DNA from: Octopus sinensis | Lineage: Eukaryota | NCBI RefSeq assembly: GCF_006345805.1 | Contig: NC_043013.1 | Coordinates: 41,416,001 to 41,480,000, forward strand | Direction of reading: 5' to 3' | DNA: 64,000 bases | In this document: positions 16,690 to 29,399 of the stretch, piece after piece | How the letters are laid out: each line of letters opens with the position of its first letter | Numbering within the stretch: position 1 is the first letter of the stretch | The notes under the pieces: model-generated | Database searches by the model: none | Told to the model about the DNA's origin: nothing | What the model saw: the letters and a program-made list of their open reading frames with translations, nothing else | Made by a program: the position numbers and the translations under genes

Positions 16690-16980
16690 AATGAATAATC
16701 TTGTTGCAGATTAATCAAAAGTTTAACCGATACCTTGGTAGCAAAAATCACAGCAGAAGAAAGCACGGTTGGAGGTACAACCATATGGTGTTGCAACCGT
16801 GTCGTTGGTGCGGATAATTGAATTTTAATATTATTAGTGAATTGAAGAAATGGAGTTGAACGAGATTGAACAGAAATCCTTTTATTGCATTCTACACGTG
16901 TTTCGAAAGCCACAATTTACCAAATTCCGATTGAATAAGGAGACCATATTGTGTCTTTCTCTTCAGGAAGAAATAGGAAT
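16690..16980 (-). mobile_element. Non-coding hammerhead-bearing element (Penelope pseudo-LTR-like)
   Basis: Homologous to 55765-56002; contains the HHR at 16888-16971. Confidence 0.75.
16888..16971 (-). ncRNA. Type-I hammerhead ribozyme, intact core, extended helix II
   Basis: cttc-CTGAAGA-gaaagacacaat...attgtggctttc-GAAA-cacgt-GTA-gaatg; helix III palindrome ACACGTGT. Confidence 0.8.
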
Positions 16981-17341
16981 TCCGTTGGCAGAACAAAAAC
17001 AGAACAGAGGCGCAGCAAAACAAATCGAACGAGGCGGCTCCTAAGAGCCCATGGCCAAACTGTTTATCAATGTATGTTGAAATCAGGTGGTGGGTGCGTT
17101 GAAGATATTTACAGGTCAGGCAGCGGTCAATCCGGTGGGTGAGAGCACGGGGTGCGTAGATGTTCTTTGTGACCGAGACTAAGGTTCTGACTATTTTAAG
17201 AATATTAGGCGTATAGATATAAATAAGGGTGATGTCATTAACGATAACAATGGCAGTAGTGAGGTGAGCGCAACTCGGCTCATTAGGGTAGAGAGTCCCA
17301 ATAGCAACTCCACATCGTTTCCGGCAATAGCAGGACCAGAT

Positions 17342-18301
17342 TTTTTAGACGTAAATTTTAATGTAAGATCGGATAGATTTAAACCTTTCCGTAAGCCCAA
17401 TGAAAAGCTATCGTATATTAGCAAAGATTCGAACCATCCACCAGTTATCCTTAGCAACTTAGTCAGCAATGTAGGTAGAAGAATATCTTCAATTTCTTCG
17501 GACGAGGCAGCATTCCATAATGCTGCACCTTATTACGATAGCGCATTAAAGAATAGTGGATTCTCGGAGAAGATCCAGTTCAACCAGCTTAATGCTAATA
17601 ATAATGCTGCACGAAGAACTAGGACCAGGAAAGTTTTGTGGTTCAACCCGGCTTTCAATTTGGCCGTAAAGAGACTAATATAGGTAAGGAATTTTTGAGA
17701 TTAGTCTCTAAGCATTTTAAAGCAGGGTCATAAATTCTACAGAATATTTAATAGAAGAACACCTGAAGGTTAGCTATTCTTGTTGCAGCAAATTTCGCCT
17801 CTTACATTAGCCAACATAATAGGAGCTAATTCATATTAGACATGGTGCCGAGCCCAGTAAGAAATGTAATTTCAAAAAACGAAAGCTCCTGTCCGTTAGA
17901 AGGGAAATGTCTAGTGAAAGGAGTAGTTTTATAGAGCCAAGGTGCAAGTGAAGGCTCATCGGAATACAAGACATACACAGGGGCTTCAGAAAATTCATTT
18001 AAAACAAGATTTTATTCTCATAAGAATTCTTTTAAATACCCAGAGAATAGGAAGAAAACCAGCCTAGCTAAAATATGTCTGGGAACTAAAAGAAAAGGAA
18101 GCCCCACCTTTCAACGTGACATGGAGCATTCTGGACAGGGCGGCACCATACAGGCATGGAGCTTACAAATATAATTTCAAGTGCAGGCTTTGCTTATTAG
18201 AGAAAATGCACATATTATTCAAAGACAATAATTCTTTGAATCAAAGAAGTGAGTTAATGAACTTATGTAGGCACGCGGCTAAATTAAAATGTCGAATATA
18301 A
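17342..18301 (+). mobile_element. Penelope-like element: RT C-terminus and GIY-YIG endonuclease, frameshifted and 5'-truncated
   Basis: FLDVNFN, KPNEKLSYISKDSNHPP, KVLWFNPAF, VSYSC, CPLEGKCLVKGVV, YTGASENSFKTRF, WELK, WSILDRA..CRLCLLEK..LNQRSELMNLCRH. Confidence 0.88.
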
Positions 18302-19325
18302 ATATACCATATGGATAGAGTATATATTTTGTATTTTGATTTTTGATTTTGATTTTGACTCTTGAGCGCTACGACGGACCTATAGCAAAGTCTTATTGTT
18401 TCTACACATATATTTTAGGAAAAACCTACAAACTTTGTTTTCATGTATTGTGTATTGCATAGGATTACCTTGATTATTTATATTACCTTGATTATTTATA
18501 AATGACCCAAAATAGGATGTTATATTTTATCTTATATGTCTTTCGATATATTTTTATTAATGCACCCATTTTTTAAAAGCAATGTTTTTTTTTAAAAAAA
18601 GCAATGTTGTCAATTTAGAATGTTTATATAAGTTTGTGTATAGCAAAGCTATGTATTTGTAAGCATGCGTATCTGTGTATGTGTAAGTGAAAGTATGCTT
18701 GTGCTTAAGCACGCATACACACGACGTATGTATATGTATCAATTCAAACTTGTGTATGTATACTGGCCTCTATAGATGCCAATAACATCGCTACAAGTTT
18801 TTTCCCCCACCCCTCCTTCGTTTCTTTTTCTCTCTTTCCCTTTCTTTCGTTCCCCCTCCTTGCTCAGTATATGAGAATTGCTACATAGATGAATTTTAGC
18901 TTGCGTGCGAGACGGTTTGCGTCAATATATGTACACATGCTTTTATGTGTATAATTTAGATTCATATTCATACGTCTGTATATGTATGTATGGCGTTTAC
19001 GCGCATCCTTTTGTGTAAGTTGATATATATATATGTGGATTTTAATATAAATATGTATTGCAGTATTTATAACAGGTTTAATTTCTATGCATTAATTTGT
19101 ACTGTCTTCATTAACGGCAATAGGTTTTTTCCTCGGTTTTTTCTCGGATTTTATAATTTTTATAAGTTTTTTTATATAATATACATATATTTTTGACCTT
19201 TTTGTTTATCGCTCGAAGATTGAACGTTTTTTTTCTAAAGGGCCAATCAAACAAGTCCATTTCTTTTTAAAGGTGTAGCGTTTGTAAGAGTATAGATTGA
19301 ATTAATATATAAGTTCCATTCTAGC

Positions 19326-19405
19326 AAAAACTGTCTGATGTGAACGGCAACGAGAAACTCAGAGTAACAGATTTTGTTGAATTTTCTGCTGCTTAAAATA
19401 AAGTA
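19326..19405 (+). ncRNA. Decayed minimal hammerhead in a short element (partner of 13531-13680)
   Basis: aaactgt-CTGATG(TG)A-acggcaacga-GAAA-ctcagag-TA-acagatttt; 2-nt insertion in the core. Confidence 0.6.
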
Positions 19406-19449
19406 TATATATATATATATATATATATGATCTCTAAATCCACAGGTGT

Positions 19450-19607
19450 TTTATTCTCTCTGTTTATTTCCTCGTGTTCCTTTGTGTTGAAGAGCGTAGG
19501 CTCGAAACGTGAAAGACTTTCTGTCTTTGACGAGCGTCAAACTAATACGCCTGCTTGTTGTTTATACTCTTGTCTTCGTCTTTTGTTTTTTCTTTAAATT
19601 TCAACTA
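19450..19607 (+). mobile_element. Hammerhead-variant family E1, copy 1
   Basis: GTGTTGA-a-gagc-gtag-gctc-GAAA-cGTG; downstream body shared with copies 2-4. Confidence 0.75.
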
Positions 19608-20291
19608 CATACATACATACATACCCATACATACATACATACATACATACATACATACATACATACATACATACATACATACATCTATTCAATTACTGGT
19701 ATAAGTTTAACATCAAAGAATGCAAGGAAAACGAATATTTAATACTTATGGCGTGTTTTATTTAACATTTTGGGTTATGAAATAGTGTAATTCCCTTAGA
19801 ATTATTAATTAAGTTCAATCGAGTTTGTTTTGTTTTGGAAAGAATAGAATATAAACGCTTTGACTTTTATATCAATAACTATGGAAGACTGGTGGGAATA
19901 TTATCTGTATGGACTTCAAGGACTAGGTTGCTATCTAGTTAGATACTTTAGGAGTTAGTTATATGTTTACCTACAGAATTATTAATTTACCGATACTGTT
20001 TTTGTACCTAGGGCAAATGTGGTTTCTTTGTTGTAGTTCAATTAATTATGTTTAATCCTTCCTAGAATTGAGATTGAATGAATGTGGTGATATCTAAGGT
20101 ATGTTTGTTCGCAAACAACTCTTATTTCAATGCTGTTGACACCGCCGGATTGAATGGTACTGTCCAGGTGTCGAAACCATAGGGATATCCATGGGGCAGC
20201 TGATGATGGAGGTGTGTTGGATTGGATTGTTGATATGGCTGTTATTGTGTGAGACATCCATTATTGTATAAGACATCCATTTGATATACAT

Positions 20292-20348
<57 letters not shown>

Positions 20349-20359
20349 ATATATATATA

Positions 20360-20598
20360 CACCACACACATACATACACATACATACATATTATATTTCT
20401 TTACTTTCTAATTGATGCAAAGGTAAGGTCTATTTTTCTTATATTCGTTACATTCACCGTGCGTGTTTCTTAATAGTGAGAAATTTGTGGCTTTGGCGTG
20501 TTGACTTCTATTTCTAGGAAGCTGGTATTTCCGTACCCTAATTGTTCCCAACTTTGACCCTCCATAAATCTCAAATTTTACTTTGGCACTTATGGGAG

Positions 20599-20638
<40 letters not shown>

Positions 20639-20877
20639 CACACACATACATACACATACATACATATTTATATTTCTTTACTTTCTAATTGATGCAAAGG
20701 TAAGGTCTATTTTTCTTATATTCGTTACATTCACCGTGCGTGTTTCTTAATAGTGAGAAATTTGTGGCTTTGGCGTGTTGACTTCTATTTCTAGGAAGCT
20801 GGTATTTCCGTACTCTAATTGTTCCCAACTTTGACCCTCCATAAATCTCAAATTTTACTTTGGCACTTATGGGAGCA

Positions 20878-20880
<3 letters not shown>
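20360..20880. repeat. Recent tandem duplication, period ~277 bp
   Basis: 20360-20602 is repeated almost identically at 20636-20879, including the flanking (CATA) stretch. Confidence 0.92.
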
Positions 20881-20926
<46 letters not shown>

Positions 20927-20960
20927 GACAGAGAGACAGAGAGAGACAGAGAGAGAGAGA

Positions 20961-21131
20961 ATTCACAAAAAACAAAAGACGAAGACAGGTGGTGTAGACA
21001 ACAAACAGATGTATTAGTATAACGATCGGGAAGTGAAAAAGTCTTTAACTTTTCGATCCTACGCTCTTCCACAGAAAGGAACACAGAAGGAAACAAGGAG
21101 AGAAAATAAAGAATGTGTAGTGGCTAGCAAT
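20961..21131 (-). mobile_element. Hammerhead-variant family E1, copy 2
   Basis: Minus strand: cttt-CTGTGGA-a-gagc-gtag-gatc-GAAA-agtta-aagac. Confidence 0.75.
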
Positions 21132-21624
21132 GTATGTATGTATATACTTGGAAATGGATGCGTGGCGTTCAATCAAATAATAATGTAAATTATATATATA
21201 TATATATATATTATTTGATTGGTCGCCAGGCATCCACTTCCAAGTATATACAAACATACATGCATACATACATACATACATATATACATACATACATACA
21301 TACATACATACATACATACATACATACATACATACATACATACATACGTATTTGTACACAAATTGAAGTAGAAAATGAAACAGCAAAATGTTTGGCATAA
21401 CTTGAAAAACATTCAATTTAAACATAGTACAGAATAATTATGATAATAAAGATAGAGTCTCTTGCAGTTGTTTCTAGAATAGCCAGGCATGAGTGAATTT
21501 GTCATCGGTGAAAGACAATTAAGAATATATAGTAATGAAGAATATCTGCAATTCAGAATATTAGTACTTTCCAGTTTGTAGAAAAATGAAGGAAGGAATG
21601 GTATGCAAAGTAGGTGGCCAGTAA

Positions 21625-21866
21625 TAAAGGCACACGAAAAAAATTCACAATAATAAAGTCACAATTTTGGCTAGGAAAAAAATTACAGGAAAAAAAGTCA
21701 CAATAATAAAATCACAGTTTTGGCTAGGAAAAAATCACAGGAAAAAAGTCACAATCAATTTATGGGATCCGAACAAAACACCTCTAGGACAAATGCCCCT
21801 CGGACAAACCCCACCGGACAAAACCCCTGTGATTTTTTTTCCTGTGACTTTTTTTTACCTGGATTC
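21625..21866. mobile_element. Foldback-like non-autonomous element with internal subrepeats
   Basis: Left arm of AAAAAAGTCACA/AATCACA repeats (52-bp tandem unit), inverted right arm TGTGACTTTTTT at 21828-21866, and four GGACAAAACCCC-like units at 21765-21827. Confidence 0.55.
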
Positions 21867-21889
21867 GCAAAGTACATGCCTTTGATAAT

Positions 21890-22770
21890 TCCACCACAGT
21901 CACTACCACAGTAGCCACAACAACCAACAATCACAACAACTACCACCACAACAACAACCAACATAACTACCACAACAACCACCATCAGAGCAACCACCAC
22001 TACAGCAATCACCACTTCGACAATATCCACCACGAGAACAACCACCACCACCTCCACTTTCATTCCTGTCAAATCCACCTCAACCCTAGCACACCACCTC
22101 TGTCAATACCACTACCTCCGCCTCCACTTCTGTCAACACTATCGCAACCCCAACCACCACTTCTATCAACAACATCACAACAGCCACTACCTTCATCACT
22201 TCATCTGTCAGCACAACCACCACCACCACAACCCCTGTCAACACCACCGCAACTGCCACCATCACCTTCCGCCTTCTTTCGCAAAACATCCACGTTCACC
22301 ACCATCTCTCAACACTACTACAACCACCACCACCACCACCACCACAGCTACCACCACCATCACCATCACCATTCTCTCACCACCACCACCACTACCACCA
22401 CCAACATTCTCTCAAGATCATCGCAACCACTACCATCACCGTCTATCAACACTACCGCAACAACCACCACCACCACCACCACCACTACCACCACCAACAT
22501 TCTCTCAAGATCATCGCAACCACTACCATCACCGTCTATCAACACTACCGCAACAACCACCACCACCACCATCATCAGCATGTATCAACACCACCACAAC
22601 CACCACCACAACCACCACCACCACCATCACCATTCTCTCAACACCACCACAACCACCACCACCACCACCATCAGCTTCTATCAAACACCACCGCAACCAA
22701 CACCACCATCACCATCACCATTCTCTCACCACCACCACCACCACCACTATCACCACCTCCATGAAAACTG
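21890..22770. repeat. (CAC/CAA)n-derived low-complexity tract with a 93-bp internal duplication
   Basis: The unit CATTCTCTCAAGATCATCGCAACC... occurs twice within 22380-22570. Confidence 0.85.
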
Positions 22771-23290
22771 ACAATAGTTTTTCTACGTAGATTCGAACTT
22801 CCAGAGAAAATTGCCGATGCTCTTTTGTTTGCCGCTGTTCTTATGATGGTATGATTAGCGCTTGCTATTATTATTATTATTATTATTATTATATTATTAT
22901 TATTATTATTTATTATTATTATTATTAATATCATTGTTGTTGACGTTATTGTTACCGTTGTCGTTATCGTTATTGCTGTCATTTCAATTTTCTCTTTTTT
23001 TTCCTTTTTATACTCCATTTCTTTTGATCATTTTCGTTTGATTTTACTTTGCTTGTTTTATTGTATCTTTGTTTAAATTTTGTTCTTGTTTTACGGTGGG
23101 TTTTAATGATGTTGATAGTATTGTTGTTGTTGTTGTTATTGTTGTTGTTGCTGTTGGTAGTGGTGGTGTGGTGGTGGTGTTCTTGATGGTGCTGGTTGTG
23201 TTGATGGTTTTTGTTGTGGCTGTTGTTGTGATGGTGGTTATATTTTCTTGGTGGTAGTCCTGTTGCTGGTATTGCTATGGGTGGTGCTGG

Positions 23291-23338
<48 letters not shown>

Positions 23339-23738
23339 CGCCGCTGCTGCTGCTTCTGCTGATGATGATGATACTAATGCTGCTGCTGCTGCTGCTAGTA
23401 CTACCATTACTACTAATGCTACTACTTTTATCGCCGCTATTGTTAGTCACATGACTTGTAATCAAGACGTGAACTGCGCCTGCATACATCATGGCGTCCG
23501 GGCGGAAATTGAATTGAGTAGACGATGTAAATATTTTAGCAATATGGCTTCTACTTCCGTTATTGTGCACTGTATGACGAAGATGAGTAGTGTCATCAAA
23601 GTGAGGCAACAAAACCTATGGAAATTCAATGTGTTGATGTAGAAAAAGAAAATCAGGAAACGTCTACCAATACCTCTGCCGTCATTATCGGCAGCATTAT
23701 CACCATTATCATCATCAATGGCATGCAACAGCAGCAGT

Positions 23739-23905
23739 GGATGCGCAATGGCCCAGTGGTTAGGGCAGTCGACTCGCGGTCGTAAGAACGCTGTTTCGAT
23801 TCCCAGACCGGGAATTGTGAGTGTTTATTGAGCAAACGAGGCTCCGGCGGGGGGAGGGGTGTGAACCCCGCTGTACTCTTTCTCTCACTCTTTCTTCCTA
23901 CTTCT
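23739..23905 (+). mobile_element. SINE family C, 5' part
   Basis: tRNA-like head GCGCAATGGCCCAGTGGTTAGGGCAG...TTCGATTCCCAGACCGGG shared with 29284 (-) and 59018 (+). Confidence 0.8.
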
Positions 23906-24529
23906 GCCACAAAGCAGAGGAACCATGGTGTAACCCACTATGGTGTAGTAAACTTTCACACCCTAGTCTAGATTACGAATCCTCTGTACAGGATGGTTCA
24001 GCTCTCCACCCGTTAAAAGCCACTGTTTACGGAATAAGGATAACAACGTAGCTTTCGTGCACGTGCAACCGCCTGTCTATCACATGAGGTGGGTGGATCT
24101 TCAAGTTGCCACACACATTCTTAGTAGCTTAGAGTAGGATCGAATTAGAGACTATTCTTTGTGGCTAATGGCGTGAGTCCTGATTGGAAGAAGGAGGAGG
24201 AGGAGGAGGAGGAGGAGGATAAGAAGAAGAAGAAGAAGACAACAGCAGCACCACTACCAACAAGTGATAAACACACGCCTAAAACACGCAAAGCCTGAAG
24301 GAATCACAGCTTTCACCAACATCTACATGTATCACGGTGCCACATATCCTTGAGGCTGGAAACAGTAATGTTATTTCAATGTGAAATAACATCATACAGA
24401 TCCATCAACCACCGCTCCGTGTCTGCAAACATTCTGGAATATCTATTGTTTGGTGTCACTAAGAACCGTTTCAATATTTCCCTTTTTGTATGAGAATTCG
24501 TCTCCTCCGATATAGGAACCAGTGTGAGA

Positions 24530-24785
24530 GCACGTGTTTTAGTAGTTAGAGATTTGACCGCATGATCGTAAGATTGTGGCTTCGTTTCCTGGACCGGGCG
24601 ATGTGTTGTGTTCTTGAGCAAAACACTTCAATTCACGTTGCTCCAGTCCACTGAGCTGGTAAAAATGTGTAATCCTGCAAGGTACCAGCGTCCCGTCCAG
24701 GGACCAGGTGGGGAAATAATATGCCAAGGAAACCGGGAAACCCACCCTTCTGAGCCAGCATGACTCGAGAAGGGAACCTAACCTA
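24530..24785 (+). mobile_element. SINE family D (TTCTTGAGCAA..CACTT core)
   Basis: Head and core shared with 47126-47457, but the 3' halves differ. Confidence 0.7.
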
Positions 24786-25159
24786 ACATATAAGAACCAA
24801 TGAATAAGATAATCACCGGTGTTGCACAATCGACTGTGACAGACTGGGGGTACACACCATTAGAAGGCCCAAAAGGCAGAAACGCATCTTCCGAAATCGT
24901 TGGGTGCTGGGACGTTTCCTGGTATTTATTCTGTTTTTAACACAGCACTTCCATAAAAGATGTAATCTTAGGTCGAATACCAATCTCTGGAATAGTAGCT
25001 GTGTATATACATTAAGTATGATACATAGATGGCGGTTTTAATTTAATGCTTCCTCAGCAGTACTACCTATATGCGTGTGTGTGCGTGTGTGTGCGTGCGT
25101 ACGTGTGGGTTTGTATGTGTGTATGGTTTTTAATGTATATCCATACGTATCTATCTGCC

Positions 25160-25190
<31 letters not shown>

Positions 25191-25252
25191 TCAATAAACA
25201 TAATATATGACATGTGTGTTTACTAAATAATATCTGTCTCTCACTTTTTGTT

Positions 25253-25305
<53 letters not shown>

Positions 25306-25618
25306 ATATATGTATATATATATATGCATATAAGAATGGGACAAGAACGCAAAACAACCAGACAGACGATACAAAGCAAACAACGATGGAAAAAACGGAG
25401 ATCTGTTACACAAACACAAATGCAATAACAGGACATAACAAAAGGTGTCTTTCGACTAAGGACGAATTAAATTAAGTTAGCGTGTGTGGAAGTAGGGACA
25501 TAAGGTTTGACAGGCAATACACACACACACACACACACACATATATATGTATGTATGTATATACACACACACATTTACATACACACGTACGCACACACAT
25601 ATATTTATACGTATATAC

Positions 25619-25711
<93 letters not shown>

Positions 25712-25977
25712 TGAAATGGGTTTTTGTAGTCTCTCCATCTAAGACAGTAATTTCAATAGATTTAGAATTTATCATATACGGCATTCAATAAAACCTACTT
25801 TAACTTGAATTATGTAAATGTATGCTGTTTGCCGCTTTGAGTAATTTCTGCTTGCTCTATTTAAACTTATTTTTAGTCATTCAAATTATCATTGACCAAA
25901 ATATGCCTAACTCTTTTTTATTAATAAAGACGAAATACACAAAAAAAAAACTGATCTGCAGGCTAAGTTCGACTGTA

Positions 25978-26019
25978 CTATACTGACGAGGTCAAATTTA
26001 CCGAAATATATGTCCATAG
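25978..26019 (+). ncRNA. Minimal type-I hammerhead ribozyme, intact core
   Basis: ctata-CTGACGA-ggt(caaattt)acc-GAAA-tatat-GTC-catag; the helix I pair next to the core is an A/C mismatch; predicted cleavage after C26014. Confidence 0.75.
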
Positions 26020-26459
26020 CTGAACATTTCTTATAAACAAAGAAAGAGGAGACTGTCTATTCCTTAAGTAAGTATACTAACTTAAGCAATTTATTTCTGA
26101 TATTTTGCAATGATCTCCTCTTTTATTCTCCCTAGTCGCTAACAATTAGTTGTCTCTGCTGGTCCCTCTAAAAGCTAACAGCTAACAGCTTAAAAAATAT
26201 CAACAAATTCTTATATAAAATCCCACCCTACCGTCTTTAAATCAGCGAGGAGAGATTGGATAAAGGAATACTGGATTCGGTTCGGTGCTCTGCACGTAAA
26301 ACAAAAGATGAGATGATCACAGCCGGAACCGCTTTGATCATAGATCTATTTGGTAAAGATCTGATCAGTAGCTAAGCAACAACAACGATGTAAACGATGT
26401 CACCGACATTAGCATCACCAATATATTAAACAATCGATCACAGCCGAGGAAACTTTTAG

Positions 26460-27194
26460 ATAAAAGAATCACCACCACCATTTCCAACCCCATCATCATT
26501 ATCATCATCTCCCCCTTCCACCACCCTTGCCATCATCATCATCATCAACATCATCTTTATCATCATCATCATCATCATCGTTATCATCATCATCACCACC
26601 ACCAACTCCACCACCACCACCACCACCACCACCACTACCATCACTACCATTATCATCGCCACCATCGCGCCTATCATCACGACCACCACGACCACCATCA
26701 CGCCTATCATTATCATCATCATTATCACCACTATCACCATCATCATCAACGTCATCACCATCACCACCACCAGCGTCTGCACCACCACCACATCTACCAC
26801 ACTCATCATCATCATCATCACCACCACCACCACCATCACCACCACTATGACCACCAACAACACGCCTATCATTATCATCATCCCCATCGTCAACACCATC
26901 AACATCATCATCATCATCACCAGCACATCCACCACTACCACCACCACCATCACCACCACTATGGCCACCGACATCGCACCTATCATCATCATCACTACCA
27001 TCACACCTATCATTTTCATCATCAACATCATCGCCACCGTCACCATCAACAATACCATCATCATCATCCTCATCATCACCACCACCACCACCGCAACCAC
27101 CACCACCATCACCACCACTATCAACATCACCACTACTATCACCATCACCATCGCGCCTATCATTATCATTATCACCATCATCGTCACCAACACC

Positions 27195-27228
<34 letters not shown>

Positions 27229-27300
27229 CAATTAACACAAGCATCATCATCATCATCACAATTAACACAAGCATCATCATCATCATCATCATCATCTTCA
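26460..27300. repeat. (CAT/CAC)n trinucleotide mosaic
   Basis: Read directly. Confidence 0.95.
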
Positions 27301-28256
27301 GCAGCGATAGCAACAATAAAACTCACCCCGTTGCTAAAATGGCAGTTCTAAAAGCCATCCAAGATTAACTTTCGCAACATTGATAGATATTTTCGACGTC
27401 AAATTTCTGGAGGCAATGGCGGAAAATATTCCATGTACATGCCGTCGGATGAATTAGTACGATGCATCTCGTTGCTTGGTGCATTGTTGTTGTTGTTGTT
27501 GTTTTGTTGTTGTTTTAACTTCTTCATCTTCTTGTTGGTGTTGTTGTTCTCCAACTAAATGTGACTGTGTCGAAATACTGATGGGAACCAACATAAATAT
27601 TGATGGACATAGACGCAAACACATACACACACACATATCACTTAAGACTTACGCGGGCGTGTATGTATATGTGCGTGTGTGTGACTCTCTATGTGTGTGT
27701 GTGTGTGTGTGTGTCTGTGTGTGTGTATATATATAATGTGCTAATGCTAAGTTATATGGGGGTATTTATGAGAGTGCGTACCTATGTATGTAGATGTTGG
27801 TATGTTTGTGTGTGTGTATGTGTGTGTGTATTTAGGTCTTGGTTTCTGTAAATGTGTGACTGAGGGTGTGTATGTGTGTGTATATATTTTGTTACTTACT
27901 GACATGTAGCAAAATATACTCATGTGTGTGTATGTGTGTCTGATTGTAGTTGTATATGTGTGTAAGCGTGTTTGTGCGTATGTATTCAGAGGAAGAGACA
28001 GAAAAAAAGGAGGGGAAAGAGATAAAGGGAGAGAGAGAGAGAGAGAGTGAGAGATAAAGAGGAAGAGTGAGAGCGAGATTTGGTCGACGAGAAACCGAAG
28101 CAAACTCGGTGAAAGAGTTTTAACCAAAGGCTAATTTCAAGGAAGAACGAGACAAAAACTTTTAAGATTTCCACCAGAGTAGGTTAGAATATTCAACTTG
28201 AAAAATGTACTCTATACTAATATATTATTCTGGTATATTATTCAGATACATGCGCA

Positions 28257-28304
<48 letters not shown>

Positions 28305-28354
28305 TACAAACAAAAATAAACACACAGACACAAATACTCACATACATACATCCA

Positions 28355-28385
<31 letters not shown>

Positions 28386-28574
28386 GTACAAATACATGCG
28401 TGTATGAACATATATATGTTTACATATATATATATATATATATGTTCATCTATCAATCTATTTATCTCTCTCTCTCAATCTATCTGTCTATCTGTGTATC
28501 TATCTATCTATCTGTCTATTTATCTATCTATCTATATATATATATATATATACATATATATATCCATCTATCTA

Positions 28575-28647
<73 letters not shown>

Positions 28648-28769
28648 TTGCCAGTTCGGGCACCAGTAGAAGTAGTAGGCATAAAAAAGATATATTGGAA
28701 TCGATTCTTTCGACTAAAATTCTTCGAGGTGGTGTCCCAAAATGTCCGCTGTCTAATGACAAAAATATG

Positions 28770-29375
28770 TAACGCGGTGAACTGGCAGAATCGTTAAGCA
28801 CGCCGGGCAAATTACTTAGCAGCATTTTGTCCGTCTTTATGCTCTGAGTTCAAATTCCACCGAAGTCGACTTTGCTTTTCATCGTTTCGGAGTCGATAAA
28901 TTAAGTCATCATCATCGTGGCACTCCGTCGGTTGCGACGATGAGGGTTCCAGTTGATCCGATCAACGGAACATCCTACTCGTGAAATTAACGTGCAAGTG
29001 GCTGAGCACTCCACAGATACGTATACCCTTAATTTAGTTCTCGGGGAGATTCAGCGTGACAAGCCTGGCCTTTTGAAATACAGGTATAACAGTAAGAGGA
29101 AGAAAGAGTGAGCGATAGTTGTGGTGAAAGAGTATAGCAGGGCTCCCCACTACCCCCTGCCGGAGCCTCGTGGAGCTTTAGGTGTTTTCACTCAATAAAC
29201 ACTCACAACGCCCGGTCTGGGAATCGAAACCACGATCCCACAACCGCGAGTCCGCTGCCCTAACTACTGGGCCGTTGCACCTCCACGATAAATTAAGTAC
29301 CCGTGAAACACTGGAGTTGATGTAATCGACTAGTTCCCTCCCGCCAAATTCTCGGTTTTGTGCCTTTAGTAGAAA
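28770..29375 (+). mobile_element. SINE family A split by a family C insertion
   Basis: The A copy stops at 28906 and resumes at 29286, with TSD CGATAAATTAAGT (28894-28906 and 29286-29298). Confidence 0.85.
28907..29284 (-). mobile_element. SINE family C, full length with (GAT)n tail
   Basis: Head GGAGGTGCAACGGCCCAG at 29284, 3' end ...ACCGACGGAGTGCCAC followed by GATGATGAT; flanked by the 13-bp TSD. Confidence 0.88.
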
Positions 29376-29399
29376 GGGTTATTATTATTGTCACCATAT

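Noticed and set aside
16895-17330. ~140-codon stop-free minus frame without ATG upstream of the Penelope ORF
   Set aside because: No start codon, no recognisable motif, and it overlaps a ribozyme-bearing non-coding terminus; probably chance.
20128-20205. CTGTTGA-cacc...ggtg-tc-GAAA and downstream CTGATGA as a hammerhead
   Set aside because: Helix III, NUH and helix I cannot be satisfied in type I or type II topology.
24368-24392. 11-bp hairpin ATGTTATTTCA/TGAAATAACAT
   Set aside because: Single short AT-rich inverted repeat, expected occasionally by chance, with no associated element.
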